A DNA stretch of 64,000 bases from an uncultured Methanomicrobiaceae archaeon (GTDB taxonomy: Archaea > Halobacteriota > Methanomicrobia > Methanomicrobiales > Methanoculleaceae). The notes under the pieces are model-generated. The model was not told the origin of the DNA, searched no databases, and saw only the letters and a list, made by a program, of their open reading frames with translations. The stretch spans positions 928,001 through 992,000 of the forward strand of contig CAWGXH010000004.1 of assembly GCA_963826525.1 (NCBI GenBank), given 5' to 3'. Each line of letters opens with the position of its first letter. Positions within the stretch are counted from its first letter, which is position 1. Both the position numbers and the translations under genes were made by a program. Below, in pieces: positions 9,853 to 20,013 of the stretch.

Positions 9853-11667
9853 ATGAACGGATATGCAGACAGAATCCTCCACGTAGATCTGACCCATGGT
9901 TCGATCGATACCCACCCGTATCCCGAAGACTGGAAACGGCGGTACATCGGCGGCCGGGGTCTTGGTATCCGGCTCCTCTCCGAGATGGTAGATCCGAGGG
10001 TCGACCCACTCAGCGAGGAGAATGTTCTCATCTTTGCCACCGGCCCCATCGCCGGCAGCGGGTTTCCGATCGGGTCGCGCTACGATGTCATCACCAAATC
10101 GCCCCTGACCGGTACGTGCACGACGTCGAACTCGGGCGGGAAGTTCGGCACGGCCATGAAACGCGCCGGGTACGACGCCGTCATCCTCACCGGGAGATCG
10201 GAGAAGCCCGTCTACCTCTTCCTCGATAACGGCAGTGCGGAACTCCGGGACGCCTCCGAACTCTGGGGCAGGACGACCAGCGAGACCGCGACGGCGGTGC
10301 AGCAGGAGCACGGCGATCCCGGGATCAAGGTGGCGTGTATCGGCCCCGCTGGAGAGCGCCTCTCCAGGATCGCCTCGGTCATGAACGAAAACTCCCGTGC
10401 CGCCGGACGCGGGGGTGTCGGTGCTGTTATGGGCTCAAAGAACCTCAAGGCGATCGCGGCGAGGGGGAAGGGTTCGATCGGCGTTGCCGACCGGGAGGCG
10501 TTTCTCCGGCTCAAAGGCGAGATCGGTTCGAAGATACGGGAGAATGCGATATCGGGTGGAGGTCTTCCCCGTTTCGGGACTGCTGTCCTTGTCAACATCA
10601 TCAATGAGAACTACATCCTCCCTGTCCGGAACTTCCAGGAGAATCATTTCCCGAATGCAGAAGCGATCTCCGGCGAACAGATGACGGAGACCATCCTCAC
10701 CGGGAAGATGGGATGCCAGGCCTGTGTTATCCAGTGCGGCCGCGAGGTCGAGATCGAGGGCAAACAGATGGAAGGGCCCAGGTACCAGACGATCTGGGCG
10801 TTCGGGCCTGACTGCGGCATCGACGATCTTGCGATGATCGCAAAGGCAAACCAGCGCTGTAACGACCTTGGCCTCGACACCATCTCGACCGGGGCTACCA
10901 TCGCCTGCGCCATGGAGCTCTTCGAGAAGGGATATATCAACGAGGAGATCAGGTTCGGGGATGCGGAAAAGATGTACGATCTCGTCCGGATGATCGGGTA
11001 CCGGGAAGGGATCGGGGACGAGCTCGCCGAGGGTTCGTACCGGTTCGCGGAGCAGTCCGGCCACCCCGAACTCTCGATGAGCGTCAAGCGGCAGGAACTT
11101 CCCGCCTATGACCCGAGGGGACTGCAAGGGCATGGCCTTGAATACGCCACCTCCGTCCGGGGAGGCGACCACGTCTACGGGTACATGATATCCCCCGAAG
11201 TGCTCGGCTCTCCGGAGAAACTGGATCCCTATACGAGCGAGGGCAAAGCGGTCTGGACAAAGACGTTTCAGGATCTCACCGCCGTCATCGACTCGTCGGG
11301 AAGCTGCCTCTTCACCTCGTTCCCGCTCGGAGCGGGGGATTACGCGAGCATGATCGCAGCCGTCACCGGCTTTGACATCGACGGTGATGAGGTGCTCACT
11401 ATCGGTGACCGGATCTGGACCATGCAGAAGATCTTCAACCTCAAAGCCGGGTTTGGGAAAGAGGACGATACCCTCCCGCTGCGCCTCCTGAACGAGCCAC
11501 TCAAGGAGGGCGCTCCGAAAGGCCGGGTATGGGAGCGCCAGCCCCTCCTCGACGAGTACTACCGGGCGCGGGGATGGGACTCCAACGGTCGGCCGACCGC
11601 GGAGAAACTCCGGGAACTCGGGATCGAGTCCCTCTCCCCGGAGGCTGCCGGCATCCCAGGCAGGTAA
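9853..11667 (+). CDS. aor: Tungsten aldehyde:ferredoxin oxidoreductase family protein
   Basis: YIGGRGLG, KSPLTG, IGPAGE, GRGGVGAVMGSKNLKA, CQACVIQC, GLDTIS, YDPRG, DSSGSCLF, DDTLP. Confidence 0.95.
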   Translation: MNGYADRILHVDLTHGSIDTHPYPEDWKRRYIGGRGLGIRLLSEMVDPRVDPLSEENVLIFATGPIAGSGFPIGSRYDVITKSPLTGTCTTSNSGGKFGTAMKRAGYDAVILTGRSEKPVYLFLDNGSAELRDASELWGRTTSETATAVQQEHGDPGIKVACIGPAGERLSRIASVMNENSRAAGRGGVGAVMGSKNLKAIAARGKGSIGVADREAFLRLKGEIGSKIRENAISGGGLPRFGTAVLVNIINENYILPVRNFQENHFPNAEAISGEQMTETILTGKMGCQACVIQCGREVEIEGKQMEGPRYQTIWAFGPDCGIDDLAMIAKANQRCNDLGLDTISTGATIACAMELFEKGYINEEIRFGDAEKMYDLVRMIGYREGIGDELAEGSYRFAEQSGHPELSMSVKRQELPAYDPRGLQGHGLEYATSVRGGDHVYGYMISPEVLGSPEKLDPYTSEGKAVWTKTFQDLTAVIDSSGSCLFTSFPLGAGDYASMIAAVTGFDIDGDEVLTIGDRIWTMQKIFNLKAGFGKEDDTLPLRLLNEPLKEGAPKGRVWERQPLLDEYYRARGWDSNGRPTAEKLRELGIESLSPEAAGIPGR

Positions 11668-11669
11668 CT

Positions 11670-12130
11670 TTACTTTCCCTCTCTCTTTATCCGCCAGCCC
11701 CCCGTTGCTGCGGGGATGCAGTCGATCTCCGGCGAATACGGTTTGATGTCCAGCACCGGTGTCCCGTCGAGGGCATCAAGGCCCCGGACGGCAAGGACGG
11801 CCCCGTCGCGGGAGACCAGGTCTACAATGCCGAGCCCGATGGGGTTCGGACGTGCCGGGGATCGGGTGGAAAAGACGCCTCTCTGCTCGCTCTCTCCCGG
11901 TGGTGTCGCGAAAAGGAGCCCCCGCTCCGCCCGATCAAGCCAATAGAGAACGATCAGGTGGCTGCTCCCCTCCACGTTCTGCAGGCCGGGGAAAACTCCT
12001 CGAAGATATGAATCTCGGCAGCCGTATCGACGAGCCGCCCCTGCCGGGGTGCATCGCCGCGCTCCCGGTACGGCGAACGGACGACCCCTATTGGAATGCA
12101 TTCCATGCACGCTTTACGTTCCATAGTCAT
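11670..12130 (-). CDS. tsaA: tRNA m6t6A37 methyltransferase TsaA/TrmO (frameshift ~11990)
   Basis: IGVVRSPY..APRQG, HLIVLYWLD, GVFSTRSPARPNPIG, GLDALDGTPVLDIKPY across two frames. Confidence 0.9.
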
Positions 12131-12560
12131 GTCCTCTCTGTGCTCCTCCATACGTATCAAGCGTCTCGTTGCAGAGGCGGTCGGCGACCCTGATGCAGGG
12201 GTTTTCCCGGGGGACGCTGACGAACGAGACCGCCTCGAAGGCCTTCGCACGCTGCAGCACCTCACGGTGGAGTGCGGCAAGATGCTCTTTTCTGATCTGG
12301 TATCGCCCGGTGAGCTGCCGGATGACGAGCTCGCTGTCCGAGTGGACGATGACCTTCCCGCCGGTATGCTTCCGGGCTTCGGTCAGTGCATTGATGACTG
12401 CGTGGTACTCGGCGACGTTGTTCGTCGCCCGGCCAAGGTAGCCCGATCGCGACTCGACGATGCTGCCGTCCCGCACGACCACGAATGCCCATGCTGCGGC
12501 TCCCGGGTTGCCGCGGGAAGCTCCGTCCGTGTAGATGGTAAGGGTATCTCCGTTCGTCAT
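12114..12560 (-). CDS. rnhA: Ribonuclease HI
   Basis: YTDGASRGNPG, TNNVAEY, DSELVIRQL, VPRENP..ADRLCN. Confidence 0.92.
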   Translation of the reverse strand: MTNGDTLTIYTDGASRGNPGAAAWAFVVVRDGSIVESRSGYLGRATNNVAEYHAVINALTEARKHTGGKVIVHSDSELVIRQLTGRYQIRKEHLAALHREVLQRAKAFEAVSFVSVPRENPCIRVADRLCNETLDTYGGAQRGHDYGT

Positions 12561-12714
12561 GACTGGATCCTGCCGCACCGGCGGCGGAGACGGTTCTTTT
12601 TGACCGTCTGCACCTGAAGGGTGATTGTCCGATCTGCTCGATGTTATGTGTATCCCTTTGCAGGTATCTTTCGACCGTACTACCTTTATAGTCGGGTTGT
12701 ACAGAGGCACCCCC

Positions 12715-13419
12715 ATGCTGGATATGGGTAGGGTCATCGAGGATGTAACGCTCCGGGATCGAAGTCGCGTCTTTGAAGACCGAACCGATGCGGGCAGAAA
12801 GCTTGCGGCGGCTATTTCATCGCTCGAGGGGATGGAAAACCCGGTTGTCTGCCCCATTCCCGCGGGCGGCGTTCCTCTCGGGATTGAAGTGGCGCGGGTG
12901 CTTTCCGCACCGCTCCGGATGGCCGTTGTCCGGAAAGTGCAGATCCCCTGGAACCCCGAAGCCGGGTTCGGTGCCGTCACCTGGGACGGACGCGTCTTCC
13001 TGAACCGGGCTATGCTCGCCGGGCTCGATCTGACGGACGGGGAGATCGATGCCGCCGTCGAAAAAGCACGGCGGAACGTCCGGGAGCGGCTCGAGCGGTT
13101 CTCAAGCGATCGGCCGGAACCGTCCCTTAAGGATGCGACTGCCATCCTGATCGACGACGGGCTTGCCACCGGGTATACAATGCTTGCTGCCCTCGAGGCT
13201 GCATTGGCAGAGTCGCCCCGGCGCGTGATCGTAGCTGTTCCGACGGGCTCGCTCCGTTCAGTTGAGTTCATGGCGGAGAAGGCCGATCTGGTCGTCTGTC
13301 TCAATGTCAGGACCGGCTACTCGTTTGCGGTCGCCGAGGCGTACAGGCGGTGGCATGATCTCTCCGATAGCGAGGTGGAGAGCCTGCTCATTCAGGCGCG
13401 CGATATGGGGTTCTATTAA
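12715..13419 (+). CDS. Phosphoribosyltransferase family protein
   Basis: FEDRTDAGRKLA, IPAGGVP, PRPP-binding loop LIDDGLATGYT, AVPTG. Confidence 0.9.
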   Translation: MLDMGRVIEDVTLRDRSRVFEDRTDAGRKLAAAISSLEGMENPVVCPIPAGGVPLGIEVARVLSAPLRMAVVRKVQIPWNPEAGFGAVTWDGRVFLNRAMLAGLDLTDGEIDAAVEKARRNVRERLERFSSDRPEPSLKDATAILIDDGLATGYTMLAALEAALAESPRRVIVAVPTGSLRSVEFMAEKADLVVCLNVRTGYSFAVAEAYRRWHDLSDSEVESLLIQARDMGFY

Positions 13420-13485
13420 GGGCGGTCTCTCCTGGCATAACCTCTTTATACCACGTGCCCCTTGAGTGGGCCGGAGGAGTTCTTC

Positions 13486-13958
13486 ATGGACGGTCTGGAT
13501 ATCAATGTCGGGTTTAGTGTGTTTCCGCAGAAGTATACCTGCGATGGAACGAATGTATCGCCGCGTATCGAGATCAGGGGGCTCAAGACGCCGTATTTTG
13601 CCGTCATTCTGGAAGACCCGGATGTACCCGGGGAACATTTACCCACTGGCTCATCTGGAACGTCGCCAGCAGCGGAACCCTTCCGGAGGGACTGCCTGCC
13701 AGAGGGAAGATTACGGATCCCGTTACCGCAGTGCAGGGCAGAAATGACCACGGTACCGTCGGCTACCACGGGCCGTGCCCGCCGCGGGAGTCGACGCACC
13801 GGTACTTCTTCCGTGTTTACGGCGTCCGGGAGGAGATCGATCTCGGCCCCGGAGCAGACAGGGTTGCCCTTGAAGAGGCGCTGAAGGATCTCATCGAGCA
13901 GTACGGGGAGGCGATGGCGGCGTACGGGAGGAAGATCGGGGCCTTATCCGGAGCATAG
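13486..13958 (+). CDS. YbhB/YbcL (PEBP/RKIP-like) protein, copy 1 (frameshift in G-run ~13630)
   Basis: KYTCDG.NVSP, EDPD, TFTHWLIWN and GYHGPCPP..HRYFFRVY after restoring one G. Confidence 0.88.
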
Positions 13959-14071
13959 CCTCTCCTCGCCCTTCCCGGTCATGGGTGCTCCACAGGAGCG
14001 TTCTTTCGCTTCGGTGCAGAACTGTTTTATACCAGGTCTCCCCTCCGGGACACCTCAAGGAGGTACACTGT

Positions 14072-14548
14072 ATGGATGGTCTTAACGTGCGGCTTGATTT
14101 TGAACATTTTCCCCGGAAATATACCTGTGACGGTGAGGGCATCTCACCCGGCATAACTATTGAAGGTCTGCTGGCTCCCTATCTCGCCATCATTCTCGAC
14201 GATCCGGACTCTTCCGGCGGGACGTTCACGCACTGGCTCATCTGGAATATTCAGGCGACCGATCGTATTCCCGAGGGTATTCCCCCGCTCGGAAAGATCG
14301 GCTATCCTATTTCGGCCGTGCAGGGGACGAACGATTTTTCGCGAACGGGATACGGCGGCCCCTGCCCTGCACGGGGCGAGTCGCACCGTTACTTTATCAG
14401 AGCCTACGGGGTGCCGGTGCTGCTCGATCTGCCCCCGAACTCGACCCGGATTGATCTTGAGGCTCTCCTCAGGGGGACCGCAACGCAGTACGGTGAGACG
14501 ATGGCTCTCTGCAAACGGGAGCGGGTGCCGGCAGCCCCGGGGCAGTAA
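14072..14548 (+). CDS. YbhB/YbcL (PEBP) protein, copy 2
   Basis: KYTCDG, DDPD, TFTHWLIWNI, QGTNDF, YGGPCP, HRYF. Confidence 0.93.
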   Translation: MDGLNVRLDFEHFPRKYTCDGEGISPGITIEGLLAPYLAIILDDPDSSGGTFTHWLIWNIQATDRIPEGIPPLGKIGYPISAVQGTNDFSRTGYGGPCPARGESHRYFIRAYGVPVLLDLPPNSTRIDLEALLRGTATQYGETMALCKRERVPAAPGQ

Positions 14549-14616
14549 CGCACCTTCCGGGTTCCGCTCCGGTATCCGCCATTCCCTTTTTAAACTCCTG
14601 CGATGCATCTCCTGCT

Positions 14617-15084
14617 ATGGCTGCTGCTGTTGAAAAACTGACCGTCTCCCTGCCGTCCGCGGAGTTTCGTATATGGAATACCTGTGACGGCGCCGATCTC
14701 TCGCCCGAGCTCCGCATCGGTCGCCTTAAGCCGGATGTCCGGTCACTCGCGGTCTTTGCACTGAATCCTGCAGAGCAGGGCTGCTCCTTCACCTCCTGGA
14801 TCGCGTGGAATATCGAACCGTCGCCCCTCATCCCGGAGGGTATCCCGACGCAGGGCGTCGTGACCACCCCGGTGAACGTCGTGCAGGGAACGAACGATTA
14901 CGGCATGCTCGGGTATCGCGGCCCGTGCCCCCCAAAGGGAGAGACGCACCGCTATCACTTCAAGGTCTACGGTCTCGATGCCCTGCTGGAGCTTCCCGCC
15001 GGCGCCACCAAGCACGAGCTGATCGAGGCGATGAAGGGGCATGTGCTCCAGTTTGGCGATACCGTGGCGATATATGGGCGGTGA
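14617..15084 (+). CDS. YbhB/YbcL (PEBP) protein, copy 3 (DPD/His pocket residues substituted)
   Basis: NTCDG, FTSWIAWNI, QGTNDY, YRGPCPP, HRYHFKVYGLD. Confidence 0.9.
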   Translation: MAAAVEKLTVSLPSAEFRIWNTCDGADLSPELRIGRLKPDVRSLAVFALNPAEQGCSFTSWIAWNIEPSPLIPEGIPTQGVVTTPVNVVQGTNDYGMLGYRGPCPPKGETHRYHFKVYGLDALLELPAGATKHELIEAMKGHVLQFGDTVAIYGR

Positions 15085-15193
15085 TGCCGCTTTTCCTCCT
15101 GGCCGTTCTGGAGGAACAGGACTCCCGGTATCGCCGGATTGATACCAATCCTTTTATAGTATGCTCCGCAATCGGGGAGCGGAGCGTGATAGG

Positions 15194-15649
15194 ATGCATC
15201 CGTTGACGGTGACACTGGAATTCGAAGATTTCCCGGATACGCATACCTGCAGCGGCGAGGACTCCTCCCCGCGGATCATAGTGGAGGGCGTGCTGTCGAA
15301 CATCAAGTCCCTTGCCGTCGTGGCGACGAGCAGTCCTGAAGAGGGGCCTTCGAAGACCTCGTGGGTAATGTGGAATATCGAGCCTGCCGGGACGATCCCG
15401 GCGGGAATACCGAACGATGAGGTGGTATCCTCTCCAGTCCGGTGCGTTCAGGGGAGAAACGACTTCGGCACCATCGGGTACCGGGGACCGTGTCCGGGGC
15501 ATGGAGAGACGGAGGCGTACCTCTTCCGGGTATATGCTCTTGACCTCGCTCTCCATCTGCCGCCCGGCGCGACCTGGGAGGAGCTGGTCAGGGCTATGGA
15601 GGGCTCGGTGAATCAGACCGGCGAGGCGGTCGTGCTCCGCACGGGCTGA
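15194..15649 (+). CDS. YbhB/YbcL (PEBP) protein, copy 4 (DPD/His pocket residues substituted)
   Basis: HTCSG, KTSWVMWNI, QGRNDF, YRGPCP, YLFRVYALD. Confidence 0.88.
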   Translation: MHPLTVTLEFEDFPDTHTCSGEDSSPRIIVEGVLSNIKSLAVVATSSPEEGPSKTSWVMWNIEPAGTIPAGIPNDEVVSSPVRCVQGRNDFGTIGYRGPCPGHGETEAYLFRVYALDLALHLPPGATWEELVRAMEGSVNQTGEAVVLRTG

Positions 15650-15783
15650 CCGGGATACGGAGGGTGTCAGGTACGCCGGCACTCCCCGTTCCCGCGTTTC
15701 AGGAGCGGAGCGGCGATTACAAGCGTTACGATAAGGTTGCCCGTCGCCCGGCCGATAGCCTGTGAGTGTGCCCTGTTCTCCGC

Positions 15784-16215
15784 CTAACGTGGCAGCGGAG
15801 GGCTCTGCTTTTCGATAGTATGTGCGAGTTTTGCCATCTCGTCGCTCAGCAGGCGGATCATATCGTCCTGGGTGACGATGCCGATCAGTCTGCCGTTGTC
15901 GTCGACGATCGGCATTCTCCGTATGCCCTCCCGTGTAACCTTCTCGATCGCCTCGTAGACGCCGATGTCGTCCTTGAACGTAACCAGATCTTTCGTCATG
16001 ATCTCTTCTGCCGTCACATCCTCCGGCCTCATGCCCTTTGCGACGATCCTGACCACGAGGTCGCGATCGGTTACGATTCCGGCGGGTCTGTCCTCGCCGG
16101 TAATGACCATGACACTCCCGACATTTTTGGTGTCCATGATTTTGGCAATCTCGACGGCCGGTGTGTCCGGCGAGACTGCCACAACCTCTTCTCTACAACA
16201 CTGTATAAGTCCCAT
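15784..16215 (-). CDS. CBS domain pair protein
   Basis: GIVTDRDL, IMT, RRMPIVD, GIVTQDD. Confidence 0.9.
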   Translation of the reverse strand: MGLIQCCREEVVAVSPDTPAVEIAKIMDTKNVGSVMVITGEDRPAGIVTDRDLVVRIVAKGMRPEDVTAEEIMTKDLVTFKDDIGVYEAIEKVTREGIRRMPIVDDNGRLIGIVTQDDMIRLLSDEMAKLAHTIEKQSPPLPR

Positions 16216-16676
16216 GATGTGAACTCCACCGCCACTGATCGTGAAATGCTATATTAAAGTAACCCGCCCTGCCACCGCTCGTGTAAAGGTGCCGGGAGAC
16301 CATCCCGCACGACACCGCGGACGAAACGGAGAGAGCACACGGGTGGCACTCCAGAAAAATAGCGCGAGCCCGATGCAGGCTCGTGAACCCCATCCCCTCG
16401 TAGAGCGTTTCCCTCCGGGTACTCATCCTCCGGTCTGATTACTGCTGCCCGACACCGTCCGAACCTGACCGTTCTCGATGGTCAGTGTAGCGTCGGGTGG
16501 GAGCCACCTCGCGGTTGTACGGTCCCGTCGGCGTTCATGCCTGTGTGCGCCAGAGGATGTTTACACCTCGGGCAATCGGCTGTCGCTCCGGGATCCCCTG
16601 CCGGGGAGAATGGGTTTGCTCCACGCCGCTCTCCTACGCATTTATATGACTGCACGGGGAGACTCTCATCTATCGA

Positions 16677-17603
16677 ATGGACTGGATTGCAATTCTCCTG
16701 ATCGTGGCAGGGCTCTGTCTCTTCGAGACGATATCGAGCATCGATAATGCCATCATCAATGCCGAGGTGCTCTCGACGATGCAGGAGAGGGCGCGGCGGT
16801 GGTTTCTTGTATGGGGCCTCCTCCTTGCGGTTTTTGTCGTCCGCGGCCTCCTCCCCTGGCTTATCGTCTGGGTGGCGACGCCTTCGCTTGGACCTATTGG
16901 AGCGCTCTTTGCGACCTTCTCAAGCGATCCGGCTGTGATAGAGGCGATCGAAGCATCTTCGCCGATCCTCCTGATCGGGGGCGGAACGTTCCTCGTCTTC
17001 CTCTTCTTCCACTGGCTCTTTGTGGAGGAGAAGAACTTCGGCCTCCCGGGAGAGCAATTCTTTTCGCGGCAGAGCGTCTGGTTCTTTGCGGTCGTCTCGA
17101 TCCTGCTCTCCGGTATCGTCTGGTTCGCCCTGCAGCAGAACCTCCTGATGGGGTTCGGGGCAGTTGTCGGCTCAACGGCGTTCTTCATCGTCCACGGGTT
17201 CCGGCAGAACGCCGAGGCGCAGGAGGCCAGGCTCACCGACCGGAACCTCTCCGATGTATCCAAAATCTTCTACCTCGAGGTCATAGACGCGACGTTCTCC
17301 ATCGACGGCGTCGTCGGAGCGTTCGCATTCACCCTCGCCGTCCCCCTGATCCTGATCGGCAACGGCCTTGGGGCAGTCATCGTGCGGGAGCTTACTATCC
17401 GGAACATCGAGCGAATTACGTGTTACCTGTACCTCAAAAACGGGGCGATGTACTCGATCGTCGTCCTCGGGACGATCATGATCCTGGACAGTTTCGGCAT
17501 CCCCATCCCGGTATGGCTCGCCCCGGCAGTAACGTTCATCATCGTCGGGTACTTTTTCTACAAGTCGGCACGGTGCCGCGTGGAGCGCGGAACGGAGGCC
17601 TGA
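16677..17603 (+). CDS. DUF475 / TerC-like integral membrane protein
   Basis: ETISSIDNAIINA, YLEVIDATFSIDGVVGAFA, YLKNGAMYSI; multiple TM helices. Confidence 0.85.
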   Translation: MDWIAILLIVAGLCLFETISSIDNAIINAEVLSTMQERARRWFLVWGLLLAVFVVRGLLPWLIVWVATPSLGPIGALFATFSSDPAVIEAIEASSPILLIGGGTFLVFLFFHWLFVEEKNFGLPGEQFFSRQSVWFFAVVSILLSGIVWFALQQNLLMGFGAVVGSTAFFIVHGFRQNAEAQEARLTDRNLSDVSKIFYLEVIDATFSIDGVVGAFAFTLAVPLILIGNGLGAVIVRELTIRNIERITCYLYLKNGAMYSIVVLGTIMILDSFGIPIPVWLAPAVTFIIVGYFFYKSARCRVERGTEA

Positions 17604-18980
17604 TCCGGATTCTTCCACCTTTCACTATCCGGCAGAGGTGCAGGGGGGCACTCTTTCGGGACGGTTGTTTTCTTCCACCTGAATTGCTCCAGTGTTTCTT
17701 CGATCCGCCGGCGGAGCCACTCCTGGTCGAATTCCGAGTGGTACAGAAAATGTACTTCGTTCGCCGAGTCCCAGTCGCTGTCGGGGTCCACATCAGCAGT
17801 CCGCTCAAAGAGCGGAGAGCCCGGGAGCGGGACCGGGACATTGATCGAGATTTCATCAAGCGGAAGCGTGAGTGCGTGCGTCAGTGTCTGTTCGATCGAA
17901 CCGACCGTCTCACCCGGATACCCGACGATAAAGAATCCTGCAGTCCGTATGCCGGCACTGCGGTAGACCTGCACCGCCCGGACACCGTCGGCGACGGTTA
18001 TCCGCTTCTTCATGAGTGCGAGGGTTGCATCGCTCCCCGACTCGAGACCCAGATACACGCGGACGCACCCGGCCCGGTGCATGATTGCAGCGAGTTCATC
18101 CGAGATCCGATCGACGCGGGAGAGGCATGTCCAGGTGATACCAAGCCCCTGGCGGATCTTCTCACGGCAGAAAGCCCGGAGGTAGGTGATATCAAGGGTA
18201 AACGAGTCGTCAGCGATCCAGAGGCGGTCGTATCCGAGATCTTCGATGGCCCTGATCTCCGCGAAAATCCTGCTCAGGGATGCCTTCCGGTATACATTTC
18301 CCCAGACCGGTTTTGAACAGAAATCGCATGAATACGGACATCCCCGGGTGAGGATGATATTCGTCTGCCTGCATCCGTCCGTCTCCTGCCAGTGCTGCTG
18401 GTAGCGGTGATGGTCGAACCTGCTCCGATCCGGCAGGGGGAGGGCATCCAGCATCTCGGCCGGATTATGCACCGGGGGAACACTGACGGTACCTGCCGCC
18501 CGAGCGCCGGTAGAGCCCGGGATACCCGGTAAGCGGGAGGCGGGAGAGCGCTTCCGGCGTTCCCCCGGCATCGGTGTAATCACGGCAGAAACGGGCAAAC
18601 GTCAGATCGGCCTCTCCGCGGAAGACAAGATCGAAGGCTCCCGCAAATCGGTCGGGGTAGACGGTCGGAAGCGGTCCTCCGGTGGTGAAGAGGGTGTCGT
18701 CGAGCCTCGTGCGGAGCTCACCGAGGATCTCAAGAGCGTTTCTGCTCATGCTGATCATCACGTACATACCGACAATCGACGGATTGTCTGCCGCAATCTC
18801 ATCGATCACCTCCGGCACCTCTCTGAAAGTGCAGTCATATACTCTGACCGGGATGCCGACTGCAGTAAGCTGGCTGGCCAGGTAGGCGATCCCGAGGGGT
18901 GGAAAGAGTTTCCGGACGGGATCCCGATCGTTGAAGTAGGGATACACGAGAGCGACCGGCCGCCAGCCTTCCCGGTTCAT
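17558..18980 (-). CDS. B12-binding radical SAM protein (frameshift ~18500)
   Basis: PPLGIAYLA cobalamin-binding domain, GGPLPT, RGEAD, TRGCPYSCDFC, DDSF, GLESG, GYPGET. Confidence 0.9.
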
Positions 18981-19948
18981 TCCGTCCTCCCGCTGCTGTC
19001 AAAGGCGACCGTATACCTGCAGTCGACCTGCCGGGTGCCAGCAGGAGGCTCGAGTTCGATCTCGAACCCCGCCCAGCAGATGTCGTGCGTGCGCTCCCGC
19101 CCCCAGTACACGCGGTGGTCGACGGTATCGCTCGTCGCTATGTCGGAGATTTGGAATACAAGCCGGTGCTCCGGGTCATACAGCGCCACCGGGGTTCCGC
19201 CCGGGAGCACCTCCCAGCCCGGCGGGGGGTCGGTGGGTTCTCCGTTTCGCCATCCTGCACGGAATACGTCAGCCCCAAGTTCGTTGAGGAGATAGATTCG
19301 GGGCAGTCGGTCATGCAGGGCGTGGATTCTGCAGGAGATCTCGATTTTCGTGCCCCGAATAAAGTACTCGACTACGATCACGGCTATCGGCGGGACGGCA
19401 ACCGAAACCGGCCGTATCCGACCGATGGTGCGAAAGAGGGCGCCAAAAGGCAGGAAGATCTGCAGTGGGGGTACGTGCATGTAGATCTTCCCGATCCTGC
19501 CGAAGAACCGGGTGAGTGCATGAGACGGCCGCCCGAGTACACCCCACGCGAGCCGTGTATCTATGTGGAATATCTTGACCACCCGGCCTTCTTCGGCCGT
19601 TTCCGTTTCACAAGAACGACAGAAGTAGGTATTTCGCTCGGTCTTCAGAGCCGGGCTGCACAGGCCCATACCGTCCTGGGTGAGATTCTGCCCCCCTGCC
19701 AGAGCGACAAGAAGTCCCCTGGCAAGACCCGTTGATTTTCCGGAACCCCGGTAGGAGTCATCGCTGAAGATCGTGAGGCCTTGCAGGGTGGATGTATCTT
19801 CCGGGAGTTCCGCAGATTCATAATCCCGGTGCGTTTCGAAATCCTGCTCAAAAAGTGGCTTTGCAGACGGTGGTGGGGACACCCATGAATCGGCTGCCGG
19901 GCGAATAGATCCACCCCTCTGAAATCCGCCTTCCTCGCCCCATTTCAT
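18977..19948 (-). CDS. Hypothetical protein coupled to the B12 radical SAM gene (start uncertain)
   Basis: 323-aa ORF whose stop overlaps the rSAM ATG (ATGA); no family recognised. Confidence 0.65.
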   Translation of the reverse strand: MKWGEEGGFQRGGSIRPAADSWVSPPPSAKPLFEQDFETHRDYESAELPEDTSTLQGLTIFSDDSYRGSGKSTGLARGLLVALAGGQNLTQDGMGLCSPALKTERNTYFCRSCETETAEEGRVVKIFHIDTRLAWGVLGRPSHALTRFFGRIGKIYMHVPPLQIFLPFGALFRTIGRIRPVSVAVPPIAVIVVEYFIRGTKIEISCRIHALHDRLPRIYLLNELGADVFRAGWRNGEPTDPPPGWEVLPGGTPVALYDPEHRLVFQISDIATSDTVDHRVYWGRERTHDICWAGFEIELEPPAGTRQVDCRYTVAFDSSGRTE

Positions 19949-20013
19949 TCAAGGGTGAAACATTCGGAAAAATATATAATAATATCTCTCTATCGAGGAG
20001 TTCGGTCTCCCTC

